NCBI GenBank assembly: GCA_038230215.1
Contig: JBBRNR010000002.1
Span: 204,533-268,532, forward strand
Length of the DNA stretch: 64,000 nt
From: Chthoniobacterales bacterium
GTDB lineage: Bacteria; Verrucomicrobiota; Verrucomicrobiia; Chthoniobacterales; DASVRZ01
Direction of reading: 5' to 3'
Below the pieces are notes generated by a model. It searched no databases. It was not told the origin of the DNA and saw only the letters and a program-made list of their open reading frames with translations. Below are positions 9,753-20,644 of the stretch, in pieces. The translations under genes were made by a program, and so were the position numbers. Position 1 is the first letter of the stretch, and each line of letters starts with the position of its first letter.

Positions 9753-11144
9753 ATGCCTTTTCGTTCGCTCGGCCTCTCGCCCAAAGTATTTCAAGCAGTC
9801 CAGGAAGCGGGTTACACCGAGCCCACACCGATTCAAACGGCTGCCATTCCGCTCATTCTCACCGGCACCGATCTTATCGGGATCGCACAGACGGGTACAG
9901 GAAAAACTGCAGCCTTCACCCTGCCGGTCCTCACCAAACTCGCCGAGCAAGTGACCGATTGGGCCACGCAAAAAACCCTCTGCCTGATCCTCGCGCCAAC
10001 CCGCGAACTCGCCGTGCAGATCGAGGAAAATGTCCGCGCCTACGCACACCATTTGCCTCTCCGAGTTGCCACCATTTTCGGCGGCGTGGGCGAGCGTCCG
10101 CAAATCGAGGCCTTGAAAACCGGCACGCACATCATTATTGCCTGCCCTGGACGTTTACTAGATCTCATGCAGCAGCGTTACGGCGATTTTTCGAAGATCC
10201 AGCATCTCATTTTGGACGAGGCCGACCGCATGTTGGACATGGGTTTTCTCCCCTCGATTCGCAACATCGTCAAACGCCTCCCGCAGAAACGCCAGACGCT
10301 GCTTTTTTCTGCCACGCTTTCCAAGGAAATCGAGCAACTCACCCACGAGTTCCAACGCCATCCGCAAATTGTCCAGATCGGTAAACGTTCTAACCCTGCG
10401 GAGTCCGTTACGCAGTTCGTCTATGAAGTGCCGCAGGGATTGAAACTCACGTTGCTCGGCCATCTCCTGAAAGAGCCACAAATGGATAGCGTCCTTGTTT
10501 TCACCCGTACCAAGCATGGAGCGGACAAGGTCGCCCGCCGCCTCGAAGGGCAGGGGATCAAATGCGGCACATTGCACTCCAACCGCAGTCAAAATCAGCG
10601 TCTGCGCGCTCTCCAGGAATTTAAGGACGGCACAGTCCGCGTGCTCGTCGCCACGGACATTGCCGCGCGTGGCATCGACGTCGATGGTATTTCGCACGTC
10701 ATCAATTACGATTTCCCGCTACACGCAGAGGATTACGTTCACCGCATCGGACGCACCGGGCGCGCACAGCAAATCGGCGAGGCGATCAGCTTTGTCGCTC
10801 AGGATGATTACGCTCCGCTGAAAACTCTCGAACGATTCATCGGACGCGGCATCGTCCGTAAACGCGCCGAGGATTTCGATTACTCTGCCCCGGCTCCAGC
10901 CGCGCCTCCCGGGGAACGCGCGGAGCGACCCTTCCGCGACCCGCGCCGCCAGCAGCAACGCGGCGGCACGGGCCGAAATCAGCAGCGTCCAGCCACCGTC
11001 AACGCGAATGGCGACGGACCCCGCACCAATCCGCCTTCAGCCCCCAAAGGCACCGGGGGTGGACGCAGCGTCCGCGATGGCGGCAGTCGGCCCGTCGATG
11101 GTGGCAAAGTTGGCCACGCCTTCCGTAATCGACGCGGTCGCTAG
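9753..11144 (+). CDS. DEAD-box ATP-dependent RNA helicase (RhlE-like) with Arg/Gly-rich tail
   Basis: 'AQTGTGKTAAF', 'DEAD', 'SAT', 'HRIGRTGR'. I prefer ATG 9753 (MPFRSLGL) to the track's GTG at 9735. Confidence 0.92.
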   Translation: MPFRSLGLSPKVFQAVQEAGYTEPTPIQTAAIPLILTGTDLIGIAQTGTGKTAAFTLPVLTKLAEQVTDWATQKTLCLILAPTRELAVQIEENVRAYAHHLPLRVATIFGGVGERPQIEALKTGTHIIIACPGRLLDLMQQRYGDFSKIQHLILDEADRMLDMGFLPSIRNIVKRLPQKRQTLLFSATLSKEIEQLTHEFQRHPQIVQIGKRSNPAESVTQFVYEVPQGLKLTLLGHLLKEPQMDSVLVFTRTKHGADKVARRLEGQGIKCGTLHSNRSQNQRLRALQEFKDGTVRVLVATDIAARGIDVDGISHVINYDFPLHAEDYVHRIGRTGRAQQIGEAISFVAQDDYAPLKTLERFIGRGIVRKRAEDFDYSAPAPAAPPGERAERPFRDPRRQQQRGGTGRNQQRPATVNANGDGPRTNPPSAPKGTGGGRSVRDGGSRPVDGGKVGHAFRNRRGR

Positions 11145-11182
11145 ATTTCAATGCAACTCGGAGGGAAAAATTTCCATCGGAG

Positions 11183-12433
11183 TTGCAGTTGAATGTTCGC
11201 TATAAGAAGAAGGTGAATTTTCCCCGTCTGACCCGATTGCTCCAGCGCAGTGTCGGGCACTCGGTAAAAAAGAAGTGTTTTCTAGTCGTGATCGACAAGC
11301 AAGTGCCGACTCCCGATTGCGATGCGGGCTCCCGCAGCACATGGCATTACATCCGGCTGTTCCTGAAAATGGGAATGGAAGTGAAGTTCATCGCGGATGA
11401 TTTCCTGACGCCAGAACCATACACAACACAGCTCCGACAACTTGGTGTGGAGGTTCTTTCCAGCGTTGAAAACCGGGCTGGCATCCAGCGATGGCTGCTG
11501 GAGAACCAGGCGGATATCCGCTGTATTTTCACAAATCGTCCGCACACGACGAAGCACTATTTGGAGACATTTCGTGGAATGCAGCAAACCAAGATTCTTT
11601 ATCATGGCCATGATCTGGCTTTCGTCCGGACTCAGCGGAAATTCGTGCTTTCCGGCGATCCTGCCGATGCGAAAAGCGCCGCGTCTGTGGAGAAGTTGGA
11701 AATGAAAATTTGGCAGCAGGTGGATGCCGTTTACTACCCTTCTACGGCGGAAACAGACTTGGTTCTAACTCGACTGCCGCACGTTCAGGCGCGCACGCTG
11801 CCGCTCTTTTTGCTTGAGTCTCAAGGCATCTGCTATAAGGAAAATCTCGTCAAGCGCCGCGACCTGATTTTCGTGGGTGCCTTTGGCCATCAACCGAATC
11901 GCGATGCCGTAACGTGGTTTCTTGATCATTGCTGGCCGGTGATTGAAAAAGCACTGCCCGGCGTGTGTTTTCACATCGTTGGCCGCGACCGGACGAACGA
12001 GATTCAGCAACGGGCGTCTGAACGGGTGATCGTCACCGGCTGGCTAAGTGAGGACGATCTAACTGCGCTCTACCGACGCTCGCGAATAGCTGTCGTGCCC
12101 CTGCGCTACGGAGCTGGAGTCAAAGGGAAAGTCGTCGAGGCCATGCACCATCATTTACCAGTCGTTATGACAACGATCTCGGGTGAAGGCCTGCCAAACA
12201 TCGCCAACACTGTTCTTTTTGCCGATGATCCAAACGCCTTCGCGCAAAGCGTGATCGACCTCTATTCCGATGAAACCCGGCTCATCCAGTTAGGAAACGC
12301 AGGTGGCGAATACGTCGCTCGGAATTTTTCTCCCGAACGAGCTTGGAACATCATTTCTACAGACATGCCGCAGAAGTTGAGAGCGGGAAAACTGTGGGTT
12401 GGGAGGGATTTGAACCCTCAACCAACGCCTTAA
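11183..12433 (+). CDS. Glycosyltransferase (GT-B, family 1/4-like)
   Basis: 416-aa ORF. C-terminal 'VPLRYGAGVKGKVVEAMHHHLPVVMTT' is a GT1 E-x7-E-like region. The start is uncertain (TTG 11183 or GTG 11213). The last 39 nt overlap tRNA-Lys on the opposite strand. Confidence 0.7.
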   Translation: MQLNVRYKKKVNFPRLTRLLQRSVGHSVKKKCFLVVIDKQVPTPDCDAGSRSTWHYIRLFLKMGMEVKFIADDFLTPEPYTTQLRQLGVEVLSSVENRAGIQRWLLENQADIRCIFTNRPHTTKHYLETFRGMQQTKILYHGHDLAFVRTQRKFVLSGDPADAKSAASVEKLEMKIWQQVDAVYYPSTAETDLVLTRLPHVQARTLPLFLLESQGICYKENLVKRRDLIFVGAFGHQPNRDAVTWFLDHCWPVIEKALPGVCFHIVGRDRTNEIQQRASERVIVTGWLSEDDLTALYRRSRIAVVPLRYGAGVKGKVVEAMHHHLPVVMTTISGEGLPNIANTVLFADDPNAFAQSVIDLYSDETRLIQLGNAGGEYVARNFSPERAWNIISTDMPQKLRAGKLWVGRDLNPQPTP

Positions 12434-12466
12434 AAGGGCGCTGCTCTACCGTTGAGCTACCAACCC
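12395..12466 (-). tRNA. tRNA-Lys (anticodon UUU)
   Basis: The reverse complement reads GGGTTGGTAGCTCAACGGTAGAGCAGCGCCCTTTTAAGGCGTTGGTTGAGGGTTCAAATCCCTCCCAACCCA. It has a 7-bp acceptor stem, D-arm GCTC/GAGC, anticodon loop CTTTTAA and T-arm GAGGG-TTCAAAT-CCCTC. It is 72 nt and CCA is not encoded. Confidence 0.93.
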
Positions 12467-12615
12467 GTCGTTGCAAAAACGGGAGCGTGTAAATAACCGC
12501 TACGGCTGGACGTTGCAAGGGGAAATCAAGGCACGCCGAGTTTTCCATCCGAGTTTGACTTTTATCTCCAGCCTGACTGAATAGCTGGCCACGGGAGCAC
12601 GTCCCACTCGCCTTC

Positions 12616-14370
12616 ATGTCCATCTACCGCCGCACGTTTGCCTACTTCCGCCCGTTTCTGCCACAAACGCTGCTCGCCCTCGTTCTGACTTTGATCGGAA
12701 TCGGACTCAACCTCGCCAAACCTTGGCCGGTGGGTGCGATCATCGACAGCGTGATCACAGACCGCCGCGCCATCGGTTGGCTGCCGAAGCTGGACAAGCC
12801 GACCTTGATTCTCTGGCTCTGCGTCGCGATGGTCGTGTTCCATTTGCTGTCGGGATTGGTGGCGCTGGTGACGAATTACATCTTTGTGAAAGTCGGCCTC
12901 GAAAGCCTCCTCAAACTGCGAACCGAGTTGTATGCCTATCTGCAAGCGTTGCCGTTGAAATATCACGACGCTAAGCGAAGCAGCGACTCCAGTTTCCGGG
13001 TCGCCTACGATTCTCAGGCGATCCAAACCATTTACAACAAGGGGTTTACGAACATCTTCTCGTCGAGCCTCATGCTCATCGGCACCTTTGTCATCATGCT
13101 CCGAATGGACTGGCAGTTGACTTTGATTTCGCTCGGCATCCTTCCATTTATCGGTCTGGCGATTCGTTATTATGGAAGTCGAGTGCGCGATCAATCGACC
13201 GTCATTCAGGAGTCCGACAGCGCCGTGCTGGCGGTGGTTCAGGAAGGCTTGAGTTCGATTAAAATGGTCCACGCTTTTGGCCGCGAAGATTGGGAAGTGG
13301 GGCAGTTTCAGGTGAAGGCGCGGCGCAGTCTGGAGGCAAACATGCACATGACGAAGACGAACATGATGAGCGCCTTGATTGTCGGCACGCTGATGGCCGC
13401 CGGCACGTCGGGGATGTATTTTGTCGGCTTTCGTCACGTCCTCGATGGCTCGCTGGGTCTCGGCCAACTGACCGTTTTCGCCGCCTATCTCGTGATGCTT
13501 TACCAGCCGATTCAAGACCTTACTTACACCGCTTGGGCGCTGGAAGGCGCGACCGCCGGGGCGAAACGCTGCTTTGAAGTCCTGGATCGCCCTGATGAGG
13601 TGAAGGATGCGACCGACGCAGTCGCCTGGGACGGCGTGATCTCGGAAATCGCTTATCGCGGAGTCGAGTTTGGTTACGATCCGACTCGCCCCATTTTGAA
13701 AGGGATCGATCTCAGTATCACCACCGGCCAGACGGTGGCTTTCGTGGGTGGCACTGGAGCGGGCAAAAGCACGTTGCTCAGCCTCGTCCCGCGATTTTAC
13801 GATCCAGATGCGGGTTCCATGCTCATCAACGGACATGACCTGCGAAAATACACCAAGAAATCCATTCGCTCGCAGATTAGTCTGGTGCTGCAAGACACGC
13901 TGCTTTTCTCCACGACCATTCGCGAAAACATCGCTTATGGACGCCCCGATGCGACGGACGAGGAAATCGTTCAAGCGGCGAAACGAGCCCAAGCGCACGA
14001 GTTCATTTCTGCCTTGCCAGAGGGCTATGGAAGCCAGGTCGGCGAACGTGGCGGGCACCTTTCCGTGGGCCAACGCCAGCGCATCGGCATTGCCCGAGCC
14101 TTTTTGAAAGACTCGCCGCTGCTCCTCCTCGACGAGCCAACCTCGGCACTCGATCCGGCGACGGAGCACGCAATCATGGGGACGATTTACGAGCTGATGC
14201 GCGGGCGGACGACCTTGATTGTGACGCACCGTCTTTCCACAATTCACGGCGTGAACCGGATCGTGGTTTTAAAAAATGGCCTCATCGCCGAACAGGGAAC
14301 CGGTCCGGAATTGCTCGCCAAAAACGGTGTCTATGCCGAACTCTATAAGTCCGCCGAATACGCGGGTTAG
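12616..14370 (+). CDS. ABC exporter, fused permease/ATPase (MsbA-like)
   Basis: 584 aa. Six-helix N-terminal half. Walker A 'GGTGAGKST', signature 'LSVGQRQR', Walker B 'LLLLDEPTS'. Confidence 0.9.
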   Translation: MSIYRRTFAYFRPFLPQTLLALVLTLIGIGLNLAKPWPVGAIIDSVITDRRAIGWLPKLDKPTLILWLCVAMVVFHLLSGLVALVTNYIFVKVGLESLLKLRTELYAYLQALPLKYHDAKRSSDSSFRVAYDSQAIQTIYNKGFTNIFSSSLMLIGTFVIMLRMDWQLTLISLGILPFIGLAIRYYGSRVRDQSTVIQESDSAVLAVVQEGLSSIKMVHAFGREDWEVGQFQVKARRSLEANMHMTKTNMMSALIVGTLMAAGTSGMYFVGFRHVLDGSLGLGQLTVFAAYLVMLYQPIQDLTYTAWALEGATAGAKRCFEVLDRPDEVKDATDAVAWDGVISEIAYRGVEFGYDPTRPILKGIDLSITTGQTVAFVGGTGAGKSTLLSLVPRFYDPDAGSMLINGHDLRKYTKKSIRSQISLVLQDTLLFSTTIRENIAYGRPDATDEEIVQAAKRAQAHEFISALPEGYGSQVGERGGHLSVGQRQRIGIARAFLKDSPLLLLDEPTSALDPATEHAIMGTIYELMRGRTTLIVTHRLSTIHGVNRIVVLKNGLIAEQGTGPELLAKNGVYAELYKSAEYAG

Positions 14371-14398
14371 AATTGAATCCAACTCGAATCAAAGTTTT

Positions 14399-14980
14399 AT
14401 GAACATCCTTCCCAACCGCCACGTTGAAGATGATTGGTACTCCAAACCCGTGCCCGAAAACATCGTCTGGGGCAAACGGCTTTACCTCGAGACGGCCCAG
14501 GTTTTTCGTCAGTTTAAGAGCCTGCTCACTCCCGCCGTCGAGATCGGAAATGACGTCTCGATTTACGCCGGCTGCTCCTTTGCGCTGGGGCCAAAAGGAC
14601 GTTGCTCCATTGGCGATTTCAGCCTCATCAACGGCGCGCTGATCATGGCCGAGGAGGAAATTACCATCGGAAAACATTGCCTCATTAGCTGGAACGTCGG
14701 GCTGGCCGACAGCGACTTCCATCCGATTGACCCAGCCTTGCGGCTCCAGGACACCATCGCGTGCAGCGTTTATTATCCGAATAAACCGGCGCGTCCGAAG
14801 ATTGAGACGAGGCCCATTCACATCTGCGACAACGTCTGGATCGGCATGAACGCCGTCATTTTGAAAGGCGTCACCATTGGCGAAAACTCCATCGTGGCCG
14901 CCGGTTCCGTCGTTACCAAAGACGTGCCGCCGAACACCATCGTCGCGGGCAACCCCGCCCGCATCGTCAAAGAATTATGA
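14399..14980 (+). CDS. Hexapeptide-repeat (LbH) acetyltransferase
   Basis: Starts at ATG 14399 (MNILPNRH); the track ORF begins earlier inside the ABC gene. '[49 protein letters not shown]'. Confidence 0.85.
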   Translation: MNILPNRHVEDDWYSKPVPENIVWGKRLYLETAQVFRQFKSLLTPAVEIGNDVSIYAGCSFALGPKGRCSIGDFSLINGALIMAEEEITIGKHCLISWNVGLADSDFHPIDPALRLQDTIACSVYYPNKPARPKIETRPIHICDNVWIGMNAVILKGVTIGENSIVAAGSVVTKDVPPNTIVAGNPARIVKEL

Positions 14981-16155
14981 GCCGAAAGAAAATCATTGTC
15001 ATGGGTTTCATGGGAAATTGTCCCATCGCCGGCGTCATCTGGCAGCACATCCATTACATCGTCGGGCTGCAGGAACTCGGGCACGAAGTTTATTACATCG
15101 AGGACTCGGCGCGCATTCCTTACAACCCGGTGGACTTCGATACGACTGAGGACACGACTTACGCGGGGCAGGTGCTCGACACACTGGCGAAACGCTACGG
15201 ATTCGACGGACGCTGGTCTTTTTGCCCTCGGTATTTGGCCGATCCGGCGGCGGGAACGCTCGGGCTGTCACTGAGTCGGATCAAGGAACTTTACGTCGAG
15301 GCCGATGCGATTCTGAACGTCTGCGGCTCGCAGGAGTTCAATGAGGATCTGCTGAAAAGCGACCGCATTCTCTACGTCGAAAGCGACCCCGGCGTGGAGC
15401 AAATCAAGGTCGATCAAGGCAACCAGAACACGCTCGATTATCTCCAGCGGCATCACGCGATTTTCACGTTCGGTGAGAACATTGGAACTCCCGAGTTTCC
15501 GGTGCCGCTCCACGGATTGAAATGGCTTCCGACCCGCCAGCCGGTAGTGACGAGCCTGTGGTATCAACCCGATCTGCCGCCGCCGGGTGCGGTCTTTACC
15601 TCGGTGGCCAACTGGTCCACCAGCGGGAAAAAGGACATCCAATGGAATGGCGAAAACTATCTCTGGAGCAAGTCGCTCGAATTCATGAAGTTTTCCCAGG
15701 CACCGGCTGCCAGCGGAGAGTCGTTTCAACTCGCGACAGACATCAAAAACGACGTCGAGCGCAATCTGTTTCTCAGTCAGAACTGGTCGCTCGTCCTGCC
15801 GCATTTGCTCAGCTCGGACTACGATTCTTATGTGCATTACATTCAGGGCAGCAAAGGCGAATTCACCGTCGCTAAAGACCAATATGTGCGGCTAAACACG
15901 GGCTGGTTTAGCGACCGCACGGCGTGTTATTTGGCCAGTGGACGTCCCGCCATCACCCAGGAAACCGGTTTTACGAAGCACTATGGCAACGCGGGTGGAC
16001 TGTTTGCCTATTCGAGTATTGAGGAAATCGTCGAAGCGGTGCGCGAGATTAATTCCGACTACAAGAAGCACTGCCGAATCGCCTACGAACTTGCCTGCGA
16101 GGTGTTTGAAGCCCACAAAGTGCTCGCCTCGCTGTTGGAGCGGGCGGGCGTCTGA
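14977..16155 (+). CDS. Putative CgeB-like / GT-B glycosyltransferase-like protein
   Basis: 392 aa. The start overlaps the upstream stop (ATGA). The C-terminal block '[22 protein letters not shown]...[18 protein letters not shown]' resembles the Glyco_trans_1_2/CgeB pattern (from memory). Confidence 0.5.
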   Translation: MSRKKIIVMGFMGNCPIAGVIWQHIHYIVGLQELGHEVYYIEDSARIPYNPVDFDTTEDTTYAGQVLDTLAKRYGFDGRWSFCPRYLADPAAGTLGLSLSRIKELYVEADAILNVCGSQEFNEDLLKSDRILYVESDPGVEQIKVDQGNQNTLDYLQRHHAIFTFGENIGTPEFPVPLHGLKWLPTRQPVVTSLWYQPDLPPPGAVFTSVANWSTSGKKDIQWNGENYLWSKSLEFMKFSQAPAASGESFQLATDIKNDVERNLFLSQNWSLVLPHLLSSDYDSYVHYIQGSKGEFTVAKDQYVRLNTGWFSDRTACYLASGRPAITQETGFTKHYGNAGGLFAYSSIEEIVEAVREINSDYKKHCRIAYELACEVFEAHKVLASLLERAGV

Positions 16156-16156
16156 A

Positions 16157-16708
16157 TTAAATCATTCCGAGCTTCATTTTGCCGACTTCGCTGATCATGT
16201 GCTGATTCCAGGGTGGGTCCCAAACAAGGATGACTTCCGCTTCGTCCACACCGGGCACGGTGACCACGCGACTGCGGGCATCCTCGGCAATAGTCGGTCC
16301 CATCCCGCAGCCGGGAGCGGTGAGAGTCATCTTGATCTCGACTTTGGTTTTCGCCTCATCGGTTTTCAAAATCTGGCAGTCGTAAACCAGTCCGAGATCA
16401 ACAATGTTCACCGGAATTTCCGGATCATAGACGTTCTTAAGCTGATCCCAGACTTTTTCCGTCTCGACTTCGCCCTCGTATTTGGGAGCTTCTTCCGTGG
16501 CAATTTTCTGGGCCAGATCGATGCCCAGGGCGTCGGCGTCGGTGTCGGCGATGCGGGCTAGACCCTGCTCCGAGGCGACGGTGTAAGTGCCGCCGAGTGA
16601 TTGGGTGATGTAAACGCGACTGCCTTCGAGCAGGGTGATTTTATCGCCGCTTGGAATGCGGACTGCCGGAGTGTCGCGGGAAAGGAGAATTTCTTGGTTG
16701 GAATCCAT
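16157..16708 (-). CDS. sufT: Fe-S cluster assembly protein SufT (DUF59/MIP18 family, long form)
   Basis: 183 aa from ATG 16708. 'DPEIPVNIVDLGLVYD' and 'MTLTAPGCGMGP'. Lies directly downstream of an IscU-like gene. Confidence 0.75.
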   Translation of the reverse strand: MDSNQEILLSRDTPAVRIPSGDKITLLEGSRVYITQSLGGTYTVASEQGLARIADTDADALGIDLAQKIATEEAPKYEGEVETEKVWDQLKNVYDPEIPVNIVDLGLVYDCQILKTDEAKTKVEIKMTLTAPGCGMGPTIAEDARSRVVTVPGVDEAEVILVWDPPWNQHMISEVGKMKLGMI

Positions 16709-16712
16709 TGAG

Positions 16713-17195
16713 TTAAGAATTGAGGACGACTTTGATTTTTTTGTCGGAGGAAGCACCGGCGGCAAGCTGGCCGAAAAGAGTGGGAGAATTCGCCGGAGCC
16801 GGAGTTGGGACGGTCTCAGGTGCGAGGGCGTTGCGCAACGCACCCTCGACAAGTTGGGCGCAATGGATTTTCATCGGCGGCAATGGGCCGAGTGGCGCGG
16901 AAAGATCGGCGCCTTTCATGGCCAGGGCTTCGTCGATGGATTTGCCGCGGAGCATCTCGGTGGCGACGCTGGCCACGGCGATGGCGGTCTCGCAGCCGAA
17001 GGTTTGAAAACTGGCGCGGTCGATTACCTTTTGACCCGACTCATTTTCGCGGAATTTTACCCACATCCGGAGCATGTCACCGCAATCGGCGCTACCAACT
17101 GTTCCCACAGCATCGGCATTGGCGATTTCACCGACGTTTTGCGGGTTGCGCGTGGCGGCTTCGAGCCGGTCGTTGAAGGTTTCTGCGTCGGACAT
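16713..17195 (-). CDS. IscU/NifU N-terminal-domain Fe-S scaffold protein
   Basis: 160 aa from ATG 17195. Three scaffold cysteines in 'GSADCGD', 'FGCETAI' and 'KIHCAQL'. Confidence 0.85.
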   Translation of the reverse strand: MSDAETFNDRLEAATRNPQNVGEIANADAVGTVGSADCGDMLRMWVKFRENESGQKVIDRASFQTFGCETAIAVASVATEMLRGKSIDEALAMKGADLSAPLGPLPPMKIHCAQLVEGALRNALAPETVPTPAPANSPTLFGQLAAGASSDKKIKVVLNS

Positions 17196-17217
17196 AACGA
17201 TGAACTCAAATGTCGCT

Positions 17218-17766
17218 TTATTCCAAATGATAGCGGGGCAGATCGGGATTGATCTGCTCGCTCCAGGCGTCGATGCCGCCGGTGAGTCCACGCACGTTGC
17301 TGAAGCCGTGACCTTGAAAATAAGCAGCCGCATCAAGGGCGCGTTTGCCTTGATGATCGACGATAACTAACAAGGCGTTCTTGTCCCAAGTGGACGTGAT
17401 TTCCGAGAGTAATTCCTGGCTGAATAGATGCGAGCCCTCGATGTGAACCGCCTCGTATTCCTCCCGGGTGCGGATGTCCAGAAACTTGGCGTTGCCTGTC
17501 TCCAGGGCTTCGGCCGCATCGGCGGGAGAAATGAGCGACTTCTCGTCGTCGGCCTGACTTTTTTCCAAGTAATCGATGACTTCGGAAACAGATAAATTTT
17601 CGTTCCGGGCGCAAACTCCCGCGAGCGTCTCGCCGGGCTGGAAACCACAACTGCTGCAACCTCCAATGTGATATTGCCGAAAGAGAGCCCGCTGAGCACC
17701 TGGATAAACCTCCAGAAGCTCGGCCATCGTGAGATCGGGGTGAATTTTCTCTATAATCGCGGTCAT
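17218..17766 (-). CDS. DUF1858 (redox-disulfide CxxC) domain fused to a rhodanese-like domain lacking the catalytic Cys
   Basis: 182 aa. N-terminus 'YHIGGCSSCGFQPGETL'. Rhodanese 'FLDIRTREEYEAVHIEG ... LVIVDHQGKRALDAAAYFQGHGFSNVRGLTGGIDAW', with Asp where the active-site Cys is expected. Confidence 0.75.
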   Translation of the reverse strand: MTAIIEKIHPDLTMAELLEVYPGAQRALFRQYHIGGCSSCGFQPGETLAGVCARNENLSVSEVIDYLEKSQADDEKSLISPADAAEALETGNAKFLDIRTREEYEAVHIEGSHLFSQELLSEITSTWDKNALLVIVDHQGKRALDAAAYFQGHGFSNVRGLTGGIDAWSEQINPDLPRYHLE

Positions 17767-17769
17767 GAG

Positions 17770-19785
17770 TTAGGCGGGCAAACCACCCGCAAAGCCGCCG
17801 GGAACATCAGGTGTGATGGTAACCGGAGGATTGCTAATCTCTTCAATTTTGATTTGGGGCGGTTTAATGGCTGGCGGGGGCGGATTTTTCATACTGCCGG
17901 TTTCGAGGATGTCGCGAGCCTGCTCACCCGTGATGGTTTCGTACTCCAGAAGTGCCTTGGCGATCAAATCAAGTTCGTTGCGGTGCTTACCAATGACCTC
18001 GCTGGCTTTGGCATAGGCATCATCGCAAAGTTTACGCACTTCCAGATCGATTTCCAAGGCCGTGGCCTCCGAATACGTGCGCGATTTCCCACCCATAAAC
18101 GAACCATTGTCGCCATCGTCATAACCGACCATTCCCATCTTTTCGCTCATGCCCCAATCGCAGACCATTGCGCGGGCCATGCCAGTCGCTTGATTAATGT
18201 CGCCGCGTGCGCCATTTGTGACATCGCCAAAAACGATTTCCTCAGCCACACGGCCTCCCATAACTACCACTAACCAGTCGAGCAATTCCAGTTTGCGGTG
18301 GGTTAGTTTGTCCTCGGTCGGCAAATACATCGTGGAACCAAGGGATGGACCACGGGGAATGATCGTCACTTTGTGCAACGGATCTGTGTGCTCCATCACC
18401 AGATTCAGCAGCGCGTGGCCCGCTTCGTGGTAAGCGGTGTTTTCCTTTTCCTTGTCGCTCATTGCCATACTGCGGCGCTCGCGGCCCCAGCGCACTTTAT
18501 CGCGGGACTCCTCAAGTTCGTGAATGGTGATCGCTTTTAAGCCCCGGCGTGCGGCGAGGAGGGCGGCTTCGTTGATGACGTTGGCGAGTTCGGCTCCAGA
18601 AAAACCAGGCGTGCCGCGGGCGACGGTGTCGAGTTGCGTGCCTTCGGCGATCTTCACTTTTTTGGCGTGAACGCGGAGAATTTCCTCGCGACCTTTTACG
18701 TCTGGCAATGGAACCACCACCTGGCGGTCGAAGCGGCCCGGGCGCAGCAAAGCCGGATCGAGCACGTCAGCACGGTTGGTCGCCGCAATAATGATGACGC
18801 CTTCCTGAGCATCGAAGCCGTCCATTTCGACTAACATCGCATTCAAAGTCTGTTCACGCTCGTCGTGACCGCCGCCCATGCCGTGTCCGCGATGGCGACC
18901 GACGGCGTCGATTTCGTCGATAAAAATCAAACACGGAGCCGACTTGCGGCCTTGCTCAAACATATCGCGAACGCGCGAGGCACCGACACCGACAAACATT
19001 TCCACGAAGTCCGAACCGCTAATGCTGAAAAATGGCACGTCTGCCTCACCAGCGATGGCGCGGGCGAGCAAGGTCTTGCCGGTTCCCGGTAGGCCGACCA
19101 TGAGCACGCCTTTGGGAATGTGACCTCCCAATTTCTGGAATTTTTTCGGGTCTTTCAAAAACTCGACGATTTCTGAGACTTCCTCCTTCGCTTCCTCGAC
19201 TCCAGCCACGTCCTTGAAGGTGATTTTATTCTTGTCGCGAGCGAGCATGCGGGCCTTGGATTTGCCGAAGTTCATTGCGCCTTTTCCGGCCATTTTGATC
19301 TGCTGGCGAAAGAGGAAATAAAGCACCAAAAGGAAGATCGCTATCGGCAAAAAACTGACCAGCGCTGAGGCGAGCACGTTATTTTGCTCGTCATATTTAA
19401 TTTTGTAACCAGCGTCCGTGATTTGTGTTTCCAAGTTTCGGCTCACGTCAAAAAGCACGCGAGTCTTAAATTCCGCGGGCAAAACTTTCGGCTGGGCCGA
19501 GGCCTCAGTTTGCGTGAAATAACCGTGGATATACTGGGTGCTCCGGCCCTGCTCAGTGACCAGATCGATAGGCTGGTTGCGGTCGAATGAGCCTGCCTTG
19601 AGGAGTTCTTGAAACTTGTAATAAGGCAGTTCCTGAATATTCGCCAGCGGACGGAAAAGGAGCGCGCCGCCGATGAGTGCGAAAGCCAGAGCAAAAAGAA
19701 TAATTCCCCGCCAGTTAAAATTAGGATCCGGTGAAGGAGTGCGGTTACGATTTTCCTTCGGTCCGCGAGAGTCGTTGATGGACAT
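17770..19785 (-). CDS. ftsH: ATP-dependent zinc metalloprotease FtsH
   Basis: '[18 protein letters not shown]', SRH region, 'HEAGHAL'. Preferred start is ATG 19785 (MSINDS); the track start is 19809. Confidence 0.95.
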   Translation of the reverse strand: MSINDSRGPKENRNRTPSPDPNFNWRGIILFALAFALIGGALLFRPLANIQELPYYKFQELLKAGSFDRNQPIDLVTEQGRSTQYIHGYFTQTEASAQPKVLPAEFKTRVLFDVSRNLETQITDAGYKIKYDEQNNVLASALVSFLPIAIFLLVLYFLFRQQIKMAGKGAMNFGKSKARMLARDKNKITFKDVAGVEEAKEEVSEIVEFLKDPKKFQKLGGHIPKGVLMVGLPGTGKTLLARAIAGEADVPFFSISGSDFVEMFVGVGASRVRDMFEQGRKSAPCLIFIDEIDAVGRHRGHGMGGGHDEREQTLNAMLVEMDGFDAQEGVIIIAATNRADVLDPALLRPGRFDRQVVVPLPDVKGREEILRVHAKKVKIAEGTQLDTVARGTPGFSGAELANVINEAALLAARRGLKAITIHELEESRDKVRWGRERRSMAMSDKEKENTAYHEAGHALLNLVMEHTDPLHKVTIIPRGPSLGSTMYLPTEDKLTHRKLELLDWLVVVMGGRVAEEIVFGDVTNGARGDINQATGMARAMVCDWGMSEKMGMVGYDDGDNGSFMGGKSRTYSEATALEIDLEVRKLCDDAYAKASEVIGKHRNELDLIAKALLEYETITGEQARDILETGSMKNPPPPAIKPPQIKIEEISNPPVTITPDVPGGFAGGLPA

Positions 19786-19880
19786 GATTTTAGTTGGACA
19801 GAGTATCACATCGGTTCGCTCAATGCAAAACCGCCGGTCTGATTCCAGTTGCAGTCTAATGCAAAGAAAAAACGGATAAT

Positions 19881-20639
19881 TTACTTAACTCCAACCGCTG
19901 CCGCTGTCACCGACGCTGCGGTGTATTCTCGATTGAGGCGAGCAATAAAAGTCGCCGGGATCGCGGCGGGGCAAACCGCTTCGCACTCGTAATGGTTGCT
20001 GCAATTTCCAAAGCCTTCGGCGTCCATTTGCTCGACCATTTTTAGGACGCGCCGTTTCCGTTCCGGCTGACCTTGCGGCAACAGGCTGAGGTGGCTGACT
20101 TTGGCCGCTGCGAAGAGCATCGCAGACGAGTTCGGGCAGGCCGCCACGCACGCGCCGCAACCGATGCAGGCCGCCGCGTCCATAGCCTCATCGGCGTCCA
20201 GCTTACTGATTGGCGTCGAGTTCGCATCGGGCGCGGAACCCGTGCGTGCAGTAATGTAACCCCCAGCCTGAATGATGCGGTCGAGCGACTGGCGATCCAC
20301 GACAAGATCTTTAAGGATTTTGAAAGCTTTCCCCCGAAACGGCTCGATGAAAATCGTGTCGCCATCTTTAAAATTTCGCATGTAAACCTGGCACGTCGTG
20401 CCGCGATTCGGGCCGTGGGCGACGCCGTTGATGACAAGCGAGCAGGCACCACAAATACCTTCGCGGCAGTCGTGATCGAAGGCAATTGGGTCGTCTTTTT
20501 TCAGGATCAGACCTTCGTTAACGATGTCCAGCATTTCGAGGAAGGATGCCTCCGCCGGGATGTTTTGCGCGGCGTATTCCTTGAGAACGCCATCGGACTC
20601 CGGACTTTTTTGCCGCCACACTTTGAGGGTAAAATTCAT
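19881..20639 (-). CDS. sdhB: Succinate dehydrogenase / fumarate reductase iron-sulfur subunit
   Basis: 252 aa. Cluster motifs 'CREGICGAC', '[12 protein letters not shown]' and '[12 protein letters not shown]'. Confidence 0.93.
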   Translation of the reverse strand: MNFTLKVWRQKSPESDGVLKEYAAQNIPAEASFLEMLDIVNEGLILKKDDPIAFDHDCREGICGACSLVINGVAHGPNRGTTCQVYMRNFKDGDTIFIEPFRGKAFKILKDLVVDRQSLDRIIQAGGYITARTGSAPDANSTPISKLDADEAMDAAACIGCGACVAACPNSSAMLFAAAKVSHLSLLPQGQPERKRRVLKMVEQMDAEGFGNCSNHYECEAVCPAAIPATFIARLNREYTAASVTAAAVGVK

Positions 20640-20644
20640 GACAG

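Noticed and set aside
12562-14247. 561-aa ORF on the minus strand
   Set aside because: It lies entirely antisense to the well-supported ABC exporter gene. It is Arg/His/Gly-rich and low in complexity, as expected for a shadow ORF in GC-rich DNA, and has no motifs.
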